Shown in pieces: positions 47,769 through 59,966 of a stretch of DNA of 64,000 bases; within the stretch, counting starts at the first letter, position 1, and the number at the start of each line of letters is the position of its first letter. The notes below the pieces were generated by a model. The model did not search any database. It was not told the DNA's origin and saw only the letters and a list, made by a program, of their open reading frames with translations. Source of the DNA: Geosiphon pyriformis uo1 (lineage: Eukaryota > Fungi > Glomeromycota); NCBI GenBank assembly GCA_016748015.1, contig JAAOMT010000328.1:248001-312000 (forward strand), read 5' to 3'. The position numbers were made by a program, and so were the translations under genes.

Positions 47769-50700
47769 GGCTTCTCTTTGGAGATAAAACCTCTTTTATT
47801 TGTGTTTAAAGAAGTAAATAATAAGTTTATTACTTTTGAATACAGTTTTAATAATCTTATGAAACAAATTAGTAAGTTGGCTAAGAGATTAAATATATTT
47901 GGGCCAATAGTTTCTCAGTCTAGTTTTGAATGTCAGCTATTGGTGATTTTTTTATTACAGAATCAAAAAACAAATATAGTAATAAATAAGAATTTAAGTA
48001 CAGTCACTAATGGCAAAACTGTTATAAAAGTAAAGTATTTGGATTAGTCAATTGTCAAGAAATTTAAAGATAAAATGAACAATTTGTCAAGTACAATTAT
48101 GAACTTACTGGCCAAAATAGATAATAAAAACTTAAGTTTAAATATTTTTCTTTAATAATAACTAATTTAATCTAGAAAATTGCTATATGTAATATTAGAA
48201 ATATAAATAATTTAGCCAAGCAAAAAAATATTATATAATAGTATATAAATTTTGAGAACATAATATCTATTATAACTAAAACAAAACTTAAGTCTAATGC
48301 CAAGTCATAGATAATAAATAAGTTTAATAAAGTTCATATTTTTACATTTGGTATGGAAAATAGCTTTTTTAGTACTAATATGACTATTATTATAAACAAT
48401 TCTTTGGCTCATTATGTTATGAAAGTGAAGGAAATTTCTGGTAAAATAATTTTAGTTCACTTTTTGTTCAAAGACAAGCTGTTAGTTGTGATCTTGGATT
48501 TGTATACTAGAGCATTAATTGGAACCAGATTTATGTAAATCTCTAATGTTAACTTTTTTATTTTTAAGACAACTGATTTTAGTTCATTTATAATCTTGGA
48601 TGATAATTTTAATAAGAATAGTTTCAAAAAGTGTGCAAATCTTAGTAAATGTCCAAATATAAATTTAGTAAATTCTTTTAGTGAATATTTTTTGATTAGA
48701 AATCTTATTTGGTACAATTTTAAAGAAATTAAAAAAGTTATTAATTATATTTTTTTGAGTAAAAATTTACTTTTAGCTATTGTAAATCATAATGTTAATT
48801 CTGTTTCTGATTTCCTTAGTACCAACCACAAGGCAGTTTTAATTCAGATTGGTTTAGGAGACTCATTAAATATTCATTTAACAATGTTTACAAACAGACT
48901 AATAAGAATCATTGAAAATTTAAAACTAAAAATACAGATAATGTTAAATAAATAAGATTTAAGAATTGTTTCTTTTTTATATTATTAATGATTCAATACA
49001 AGTTTTCAAAGACTAAGAATTTTTAGGACTTAAATACAATATAAAAAATCTTAAATAAAGTAGTGTTACAAGTAATTATTTAGAGTGTGGAAACAAATAA
49101 CAAATTCATAACTTAGTGCTCAATAGCTTAGTAATATTGGTAATTTTTGAAGATTTTTGTAATTTGAAGGTTTTGGTTAAGTTATTTGTATAATGAACAG
49201 AGATTTAATTGCTGTTTTAGTACTCTTTCAAAAGCTTATTCTATGAATTTCTTTCTTAGCTTAATGGCTGGTTTTTCTTGATAAACTATCCTTAATTTTC
49301 AAGTTTCTATTCTTGTTTTTCAGATCTTTTATCAGTCTTTCTTGACATTAATAACTTCATATGTTAATCTTTTAATTAATTAGTAAACAACAAAATAAAA
49401 TAAAAAAAAAATAAAAAAAATAAAAAAAAATAAAAAATTAGTATTCTGTTAATAGTTATAATCAAGAACTATTGGTCTAGTGTGATTAAGTGTTGAATTT
49501 TATCAACATGGAGTGTTAATAAAATAGAAATGATTAATATTTTTTAATCAAATAATAATAATATAAATTCAAGTAATAATTAATATTTTATTGATATGTA
49601 ATTTGATTTTGTTTCAAGTTATAGAAAACTATTTTTTAAAAGAAGAAGTATTAGATAATTAATTGATTATTGGTATTGATTTTAAACTGAATTCTTTAGG
49701 AATTACTTTTTCTGCTTTTTAATACTTTTACTATATATATATAATTTATATTATATGAAATTTTTTGAATTTCTTTAATTTTTTTAGCCAGAAATTCTGA
49801 AATTCCTGGAATTCTGTAATTTTTTAGAAAAATTCTGAAATTTTTCTTTTACTACACCTGTTTTTAATTGGCTATTTTTATATCTTTATTAAGAATTTCT
49901 AAATTTTTATGAATAACAGTAGTAGTAAATATGGCTAATAAAATTTTTTTCAGACATTGATACAGTAAATTTAATTACTTAAGAAATAACAGTTTTCTGA
50001 ATTTTACAAGCTAAAATTGTTAGTTTTTAAGTTGTCTAAAATATTAAATTTAGACAATAAACTAAAATTTGATTATTTTATTAAGATTTAATTGTCTATT
50101 AATAAAGTAAAATTTTTTAAGATTAGCAACTTGATTAACAATAGTGCAAATTTTGTGAATGTGATTAGACATCTGTCAATAATTAAGAAAAATTATTACA
50201 AATCCAAATATTATGAGTTTGAAACAGCAAAAAATATGGCTATTAAAAAAACAATTAAAAAACACATAAAAAATTTTAATTCTAATGAAGACAGTATAAT
50301 CAGGAGTGTTTTAGAACAGCCATTTCAGAAAATAATTCTGAACTATTTAGTGATTGAAGAAAAATTAGTTTTAAAGCTAAATAAGATAAAGCTTAAAATC
50401 AACAAAATTATAGAGAATTGGATAAAAATATATGAAATTCTTTTAGCTCTGTTTGATTTATGGACTTGTTAATATGTGTTCTTGGCATATATAAATAAAG
50501 ATGTTTTTTATAATATAATAAATATTATTAATTTGGAAATTTAATTTCAGTAATTAGTAGTCTACTTAATAACAAAGTGGTTAGTCTATTTAATATAATC
50601 AATAAACTTTGGAAACATTATAATATTACAGTAATTAATTGTCTCTTGAATTTATTAAACAATTGTTTAACTTTTAGTAATATTCTAGCTTTCTAAAAAA

Positions 50701-53441
50701 GAGCATAGGTTTCAATGATTCTTAAATTATATAATTAGAATGGTATTTTAACAAACATATAGTCCATAATATTAATTGAAACAGCTAAGAAAATTTTGTC
50801 CAAAATTCTGTCAGATTGTATTTTATCTGCTTGTAATAAATTTAATGTTTTCCATAATAATAATTTTTTAATGTTAAAAAGTACTTTAACTTAATTTTCA
50901 GTGTTTGCTGTTGGTTTGATTGTGAAAAATGTTTTAGAAAAAGACCAAGAGCTTTAGTTAGTTTTACAAAACATGTATAAAACTTATAATTTAGTTAGAT
51001 AGCATTATTTAAAAACTAGTTTGAAATGCATTAAGATATATAACAAGTTTATTAATTTTTTTGGTAACATATATAAGAACAAAATCAATAGAATAATAAC
51101 AGATTTTGGTTTTTTAAACAGTTATAAAATACATAATAAGTTAAATTAAAGTGAAGTTTTCTTATTACTTCTTTGGAAAATTTTTTATGATTTTTTATTG
51201 TGTAAAGTTAAAAGACAGAAACATTTGTATAAATACTAAATTAACACCAATTTTGTAGCCAAAACAGACAAAATAGAAATCAGTACAGAAAATTTTTTTT
51301 TTTATAATGAGTGCTTTTGTAGATAACACTATTTAGATAGAAAATAGTTAGACTTTAACACAATACATTCTGGATCTAGCTGATCAGTTTTTTAAAATTA
51401 ATAATATTTGCATTAACAATGAAAAAACAGTTGTAATTTCCATAAACCAGAAAGTTATAATTGTTTCATTATATATTGGTGGCCAACTTTTTTTTATTGT
51501 CAAGCATAAAGGATCTCACAAGTACTTAAAATTTTTTTTATTAACAGAAGATATGTTTAAGTCAAGTTTTACTAAGACATATTTAGATATCAAGTTTTTT
51601 TTAAACATAATACTTAGGAAAACTTTATTAAATAAACAATTCTTCTACTTAGTTTTAGCAATTTTACAGCCTATAATTAGTTATTAAATACAATTTAGTT
51701 TTGTATTTAAAAGTATGTGTCAAAAGTAAGATGTCATAATTAAAAAAAAACTTAAGTTTAAGGCTAATTTGCCAAGAAACTTTCTTAATAAGACTTTGTA
51801 TTATTTATCTTTGTATAAGCTTAAATTATTTAAATAATTACAAGTAAAAAACAAGATAGCTTTATTGATTTGGTTTTTTAATATGATGGAAATTCTTGGT
51901 TATTTATTTGTATACAGATTTTTAAATTTACAGATTACAGACTAAACACCAAAAAACTTACTGCAATTTTCTGTCAAATTAAAAATTAACTCTGTAAATA
52001 GTTTTTTGGTAGACATAATAAGAATATTTTTGGACAACAATAGTTCTTTAACAAATGAATTATCCTGTGTATTTTGCTTTTCTGGCCATTTTTTAATGTC
52101 TAATATTTTGAGTAATTTATATTATTTTGATGTGATTTAATTTTTAAAGCAATTTGATATTGTTTTTAATTATTAATTGTTGGATAAACATGACTTGATT
52201 ATGAATTAAAAAATTTTTTATTGTTAAAAAAAGCTGAATTTAAAAGGCCTAATATTAGTGTGGTTTTTAAAAACTTTAATTTATATGAATAATCTTTCTG
52301 TTAACTTTATAAAAAGTAGTTTTAACTCTGGCTGTTCAGATTTTTATGGCTCAAAAAAATTTAGATGTTTAGAAACATTTGTACAAATTATAAACAGAAG
52401 AAATTAACATATATACTAATGGTTCTTTGAATAATTTGAGTATTGTTAATATAATAAACAGAGCAGCAGCATATTTTTCTAATGTTGAAGTAGATTTGGG
52501 TGTTAAAGTTTCCAGTTTGCTGTTATTAATAATGTTAGAATTACAGATTATTGTTTTGGCTTTAAAATATGTTCTCTTTTTTTGTTTAATAGTTTTATAT
52601 ACAAACAGTCAAACTGCTATAAATACATATATATTAGAGCTTATGTTTTATATATCTGATTTCTAAAATAAATACTGGATTAAAAGATGGCATGTGGCTA
52701 ACTTAATTAAATCTAAGAACATTTTTGTAAAGTAAATAAAAATTAAAGACTACTTAAAAAATGTTAACAATAATAAAGCCAATGTTCTTATAAGTGTTAT
52801 AGTGCAATCTGGTATTTTTTTTACTTATTAGTATGTATAAAAAGTTTATCTTGGCAGATGGTTTAATTATTTTAAGTTATATTCATTATTTTGTTCATAA
52901 TATTTATTAAACAGTTAATTAAACTTGATGAGAAATAGGTCTGAATATAAAAATTTTACAGGATTCTTTTATTTGAAACATTAATTAACACTATACTACT
53001 TTAATTTGGCACCTTAACTCTCATATGTTTTCTGGTTTTATCAGCAAATCTTTGGCAAGTCTTTATATATATCTAATAAAAGCAGTTTATAGGAGACTAC
53101 CAACTGCAGTCAGAAAAAAACTATTTAATAAGGAGTATTCAAGCATATTGTGTCTTTTTTACAGTAATGTTAAACTGTCTAATTATGTTTTCATTTGTTC
53201 AAAAAATGCTTTAATGCTTTAAAATTTTGTTAGATTATGTCAATTGTGGAAATTTTTGGTAAAATCTTGCTTTTTACCAACTTTTTTAGTATTATATACT
53301 CTTTTTTTGGAAATATTAAACATTAGTATTTATGAAGTTCTGTGCAAAAAGTTTGTTTTTAAAGATTAAATTAATAAAGCAACATTGAAGTTTAAAAATA
53401 AGAAAAAAACTATAATAATAATAACTGATTTTGTTTAATAT
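47769..53441 (+). mobile_element. Heavily decayed near-full-length LINE (end of ORF1, AP endonuclease, RT, RNase H, zinc finger), inserted in O and interrupted by a solo LTR and element C
   Basis: KIAICNIR and INYIFLS...STNHKAV (APE); IILIETAKKILSKILS, LLWKIFYDFLL, AFVDN (RT); RAAAYFS (RNase H); YLIKAVYRRLPTAVRKKLF. Confidence 0.8.
49064..49918 (-). repeat. Solo LTR related to LTR-A, TSD GTAG
   Basis: TGTTACA...GAATAACA termini; GTAG at 49060-49063 and 49919-49922; reverse-complement similarity to 29081-29893. Confidence 0.82.
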
Positions 53442-54130
53442 TGTTACGGTTGAAATTCATAGTTTTTATTAGTTATCACATGTATTAGCCACTGATGTTA
53501 TATAATTAGCCACCCTATTTTTAAATAGTAATCATTGACCTGATCAATGACCTAACTGTTGACCTAATCATTGATCTGATCATTGACCTGGTCATTAACT
53601 ACTTTCAATAGATATATAAGTGATAAGTCTCTTAGCTGTAAAAAAATATCAATGTAAGAAATCAAGACAATCAAAAAAATAAAATAACAAACTTCCATCT
53701 CAAACATTCTCTTATTGCTAATTTTTCTTTCCTTACCTTCAAGTATCTGAACATTTTTTGGATAAAAGATTACTTGTTGGTACTTTTCTGAAATGTGTAA
53801 TTGCAGTATTTGAAGATTATTTGAATAAACGTGACTGAAGAGCACAAGTTGATATCTAATATCAAATTCTAAGAGCACCAACATGAGGCATAGAATTATA
53901 CCAGTGGTTATCAATTGTTGACAGTATGGACTATTCCTCTACTTTCAGATTCCCTTGTTATCTTTTTGAAAAAAATAGTGACTGAGATATTTTATAAGAC
54001 TGATCTCGCATATTGAATCTATACTCATTCAATTTGCTCTTTAAAGTTGAATTCCCCTTTGATTATTTCCATCATCTTACAATCCTGTTCTCCCTTGCTA
54101 TCTATTAGCTTGTTACTTCAACTCATAACA
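53442..54130 (+). repeat. 5' LTR of element C, with 12-bp tandem repeats (TCATTGACCTGA-like) at ~53532-53597
   Basis: TGTTA...TAACA termini followed by a PBS. Confidence 0.85.
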
Positions 54131-57100
54131 TAAAAGTGGTGCTTCCTGTAAGGTTGTCAAAATTCACTTATTTTCTCATTGTATGAGTGATTATTCATAC
54201 TTGTTACAGCAATCAGAAAAACACTTTGTAGCACACAACAGAAACAACTTAGAGTTTATTGAACTCAATTCTTTGCCCTCCTGCTTAATCTGTTTCTCTG
54301 TTGAAGAACAATCCAGTAGATAATTCCAAGACTTTTGGAATTGGTTTTTAAACAAGCATTCAGCTGAAACCTACACAGCTTATATCATCTATTACTTTGA
54401 TCAAGCTTATTTTGAAGACAATTTTGAAGAAAGAAATACCAGCATCAATCAGCTCTTATACTCCATAACCTTTGAACAACAGCCCCCTAATTTCGAATAT
54501 CTGAATCACCAAATCCATATTTGGATTGCTGCTCACCAACTAGTTGAAAACCCCTTTGAAACAGAAGAAGAAAGTTACCAAACTGCCCCTATTTTTGATA
54601 TTTTCTCAAGTGAATCAGAGCACTCCACACAAACAGTAACTCCTGAACCAATGGCCCAAGATCCAATACAAGCAAACATTCTGGCTGCCCTCCAAGATAT
54701 ACAAACTGCCTTGGGGCAAAGAAACAACACTCCACTACTATTATTTAAAGGTGATGCACAAGATCCAATTGAATGGTTGGATGACTTTGAGAGAGCTGCT
54801 ACAGCTAATCAATATGATAATGAGTACAAGTTTCAAATTGTTGGTGGCTACCTTCAAGGCTCCCCTGCCACCTGGTTCTCACAGAAAACTGATACCAATG
54901 CCCATCAAAGAATCATTAAATGAATGCCAGCAAATACTAGAGAAAACAACATCTCTTTCACAACCTGGTTTGAAAACAAGTTCAGAACCCCAATCTTAAT
55001 ATCCAAGTGACACATGAAATTGGAAAAAAGAATTCAAGGTCCAGGAGAAGTAGTAACTGAATATGCCAAAGCAATCAGAAAGTTAATCAAACAAGTGGAC
55101 TTTAAAAGAAACTGGACAGAAGAACAAAAGATTCATTCCTTTACAAAAGAATTGAGAACCAACTTATCCTATGTTTTTTGGTCTCTCTTGGCTTTAAAAG
55201 ATAATCCTACAATAGACATGGCCATTGAACTTGCCCAAAGAATTGAAAACAACCAAAGAATGTACTTGGGATCCACACTTTTAGTTTTCGCTCCTGCTCC
55301 TGTTATAGCTCCTGCTCCCCAAATGGCTGCTACTTCTTTTGCTGCCCAAACTCAAGACCCAAATGAACAGTTGATAGATAGACTTACAACAAATCTTGCT
55401 TGGCTATTAGAATCATTAGCCCAAGCAGTCAGAGATAACCAGCAACCCCAAAAACCCAGATTTGAGCCACATTTTAATCAGTCTCAGCAACCACCTTATC
55501 AAAGACAACAAAATCGTGGCCCACCTGTGTGCTATTGTTGTGGATTAACTGGACATTTTTCAAGAGATTGCAACAATCTTCCTTTACCCCCTCCAGCTCC
55601 CAGAAACAATGATAACCAAAACAACAGAACCATTAACAACAACATCTCCAATCAAAAACCTAATCATGTCAATATCAATTTCTTTGGAGAGGATCCCCTA
55701 GTTGAAGCCACAGTCTATCAGCATTTAAACTGGTAGGTGCACCTCCAAAGAGTAAGAGTGCAAGCCAACCAAAAGAAAACTCTTTTTTTGCTTTTAACTT
55801 AACTAATGATGACCATGACATGGATGAATTAGCAATCAACACTTCTGAATCAACCAGAAAAAAGAAAAAAGCCAAGATTGATTTCATTTTAGACCCCAAC
55901 AAAGCCTCAACTTCCACTGCTAATAACAATAAGCCACCAAAAGCCAAAGTTTTTAAGAATTCTCCAAAGTTGAAACCTCCAGAAATTGTACAAAAATCTG
56001 GACCCTATTCTGTTGTCAAAGATTTCATGAAAACCCCAGCACACATTACCTTTGGCCAGTTAATGACCCATCCACAGTTCAGAAAAGATTTCTGCAAATC
56101 TCTAATCCCCAAGAAAAAAACACCAAAGATCAATAAATGCTCTTGCCAAGCTGAACTTGCTAACAATAGCAATGTTACTCCTCTAATTTGCAAAGCACAA
56201 GTGGCTGGTTACTTCATTGACTTGATCCTAGACAGTGAATTATCTGTTAGTGTAATTGCCAAACACTTCCTTGAAGCAATTGGCAAAAAAATTGATAAGC
56301 TTTCTACTCGACCAATAACCAACGTACATGGTGATAAGAAGAAAGGTCTGGGCATTGCCAAAGCTATTCCTGTCTGCATCAATGGCATCAGTATTGAAAC
56401 TAACATGGAAGTTTCTGAAGCTAAAGAATACACCATTATTGTTGGCAATAAGTGGCTCAAGAAAACAAAAGCCTTACTCGACTATGAACTTTGTGAGCTA
56501 ACCATAAGATGTGGTGAAAAACCCATTGTGGTTAAATGTTGCCATTAGACAACTCTTCTAGCAACCAAACAAAATCAAGAAGATGAGCAATCAGAGGAAT
56601 CAGATGATAAAGAGAGTGATAAAAAAATAAACAAAAAGAACAAGAAGAAATTGCTGAACTTGCCTACACCACCTTCACTAGCAATGGCAAGCCACTAGAT
56701 AATGTTAAAGCTAATAGAGAGAGAATCATTGTAAATGGCAAGCTGATTTGCTGATCCTACTATAATATTCTAAGAAGAACCTTTGACCAAAAGCCTGGCA
56801 AGAAAGCCAAATACAGTTATTGGTGGCATGGCCCTTGTGCCCAGTGCTGGTGCAATAAACCTTTGTATTCTCCAAGTGATGAATGCAAATCATGCCTGAT
56901 CTATTACAAAGATTGGGAACCAATTAGCCTAATACCAAGAGATAAATTAAAAGAAGTACAGAAGTCCTTTGAGAATGAACTATCTGAGATCTAATCATTA
57001 GTAGTAAAACAAAGAGAACCCTCCCCAGAAGAAAGAAAGATAGACATTGAAAATCTGTTGGCAAGAAACAGCCCAGTTATCTCAAAAGAAAATGATATTC

Positions 57101-59957
57101 CAGGACAAACCCATGTGATACAACACACCATTACCACCAGAGAAACTTGCCCCATCCATTTGAAGCCTTATCAATCCAATCGCCAAAATGATGAGTTCAT
57201 TAAGAAAGAAATAAACTGGATGAAAGAACTTGAATTTATACAAGAAACCAAGAGTGAATGGGCTTTCCCAGTTGTAGTGGTATCCAAAAAAGATGGAACC
57301 CTACACTTCTGTGTTGACTACTGCCAATTAAATGCCATCACTAAAAGAGACATGTACTCACTTTCCAAGATTAATGCAATGCTGAACCAATTCAAAGATG
57401 CTGCTTTCTTTTCAATCATTGATCTAATTGCTGGATTCTGACAAGTAGAGATGGATCCAGAAAGCCAGAAGAAAACTGTCTTCATTACCAAGTATGACAT
57501 CTATGAATTCACAGTCATGTCTTTTGGTCTCACCAATGCCTCTTTCATCTTTTAACACTTAATGGATAAAGTATTTGAATCAGTGAAAAAAAACTTTGTT
57601 CTGATCTATTTGGACGATATAATGGTGTACTCAAAAACCTAGAATGAACACCTTGAACATTTGCAAAAGATTTTGATCTTCTCAGAAATACAGATCTTAA
57701 GATTAACCCAATCAAATCTTTCTTTGAAAGACAATCCACCCAATTCCTTGGCCATCTTATTACAAAAGATGGAATTTTCTCTGATCCAGCCAAAGTGAAA
57801 AAAGTTCAAAACATAAGACAACCAATGAATGTTTATGAGTTATGTTCTTTCTTTGGTTTGGCCTTTTATTATCATAAATTTGTTAAAAATTTCTCCAAAA
57901 TTGCCTCTCCACTCAATCAGCTACTCAAAAAAAATGTTTACTATTGAAGCACACATTAGCAGAAAGCATTTGAAACCCTCAAAGAAAAATTGGTTACAGA
58001 ACCTATTCTCAAGCAACCTGATCTGGATCAACCTTTTATTCTTTATACTAATGCATCTGGCTATAGACTTGGTGCTGTTCTCTCACAAAAAGATGAAGAT
58101 GGCAAGAAACATGCAATAGTCTATGCCAGTAGAACTCTTACACCAGCAGAAAAGAACTATTCAGTTACTGAGCAGAAATGCTTAGCAGTAGTTTGGGCTA
58201 CCAGCTACTAGAATAAATATCTTCTTGGTGTGAAGTTTTTGGTGGTAACAGATTACCAAGCTTTGGTTTGGCTGCACAACAAGAAAAGGCTAGAACATAA
58301 ATAGATAACCTGCTGGATACTCCACTTAGATGAATTTGACTATGATATTTAACACTGTAAAGGAGCTAATCATCAAAATGCTGACACTCTCTTCAGACTT
58401 ACCACCAAGTGACAGTACAATCTCTCAAACCAACCTAATTATTAGTAATTCTCTTACAACCAAAAACGATAATAGACTTGGACAACTACTCTGCCTTAAT
58501 AGAATTTTTGGGTAAAGAACAATACCCACTAGAATACACTTGACAGCAAAGAAAACATTTGCACAAACAATCAAATTTTTATTTAATCTGCCAGAACCAA
58601 TTATACAAAAAAAATAGAAAAGATCCTGACCACTCCCAGAGAGTTATAAGATTTGAAGAAAAAGAAATTGTGATCTATAACATGAACACTGATCTATTAA
58701 CTGGACACTTTGGAAAAACAAAAACAATTCAGAAAACTTTAGCTCACTATTATTGGCCTACCTTGGAAAAAGACATTGCTGAGTACATCAAAATCTGTGA
58801 TATCTGCCAAAGAAGAGGAAAACCCAATCACAAAGAAGACATTCATCCAATCTTTGTTGGCCAACCCTTTGACAGAATTGGTATAGATGTTATTGGACCA
58901 TTAACAGTAGATGGCAACAGATACATTATCACAGCTACTGACTATCTTACAAAGTGAGTAGAAGCAAGAGCCACCCCAGATCAAACAGCAATTTTCATTG
59001 CTAATTTCATTTATGAAGATATTATTTGTTGCCATGGCTGCTCCAAAAAACTTTTATCTGATAGAGGAAGAGCTTTTCTCAATACACTGGTTAAAAAACT
59101 TTGTAGAAAAATAGGAATATGTCACAAACTTTTCTCCCCTTATCACTTTCAAACAAATGGCCTAGTGAAACGTTTCAATAGAACACTGTGTGAAACCTTA
59201 GCCAAAACAAGTGAAGAAACAAACTTATGGGACAAAGTACTGCCTTCAGCTTTGTTTGCTTATAGAACTGTGAATTATGACATAACAAGTTATGAACTCT
59301 TTTACCTGCTTTATGGACAAATGGCAATACTACCAATAAAAACTGATATTGAGACAATACTCTTTGAAGAAATCACAATAGAGAATTACAAAGACATTTT
59401 GCAAAGAAGACTTGGTACCATTCTTGACTCATTGGTAGAAGCACAAATAGTTGCTTTTGAAAAGATAAAACAGTTCCAAGAGAAGCTTAAGAAAAAAAAA
59501 ATCTATAAAACACTTTCCTTAAGCATTGGTGACTTGGTTTTAGAATATCATTCAGACAAAGACAATGTCTATGGTGATAAATTCTCTAACCGATGGAAAG
59601 AATCCTTTATAGTCAACAAAGTTCTGAACAATGGTTCTTATATTCTTCAAGATTAATCCAGAACAATCTTTAATGATTGTTCTGTTCATGGCATACAACT
59701 CAAGAAATATCACAAACGATCTGATTGGTTACCTGTTGTGGTAATACTGACCCAAATGATCAGCAAAAATCAGATATAAATAAATGCATCACTCCCAAAA
59801 CAGAGGTATTTTCAATCAACATGAACAATTATTTTCTAGATCAAAACATTCAAAATGCTTTCTATACTCTTCATGAGTATTGGATTAAAAACTATCTAAA
59901 TGCTACTCTGACCATTAAAAAACAAACTACAATAACTGACAACAGTGGAACACATAC
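53442..59957 (+). mobile_element. Ty3/Gypsy LTR retrotransposon 'C' (gag-PR-RT-RH, integrase, start of ORF3), interrupted by element D
   Basis: LTR 53442-54130; PBS TGGTGCTTCCTGTAAGG at 54137-54153; FKGDAQDPIEWLDDFE capsid; CYCCGLTGHFSRDC; LILDSELS; FCVDYCQLN; IYLDD; GHFG...CDICQR; IGIDVIGPL. No dUTPase seen. Confidence 0.92.
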
Positions 59958-59966
59958 TGTTATCAG

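Noticed and set aside
53532-53597. Short regular repeats resembling a CRISPR array (also at 60173-60250)
   Set aside because: They are tandem with no unique spacers, lie inside LTRs, and there are no cas genes.
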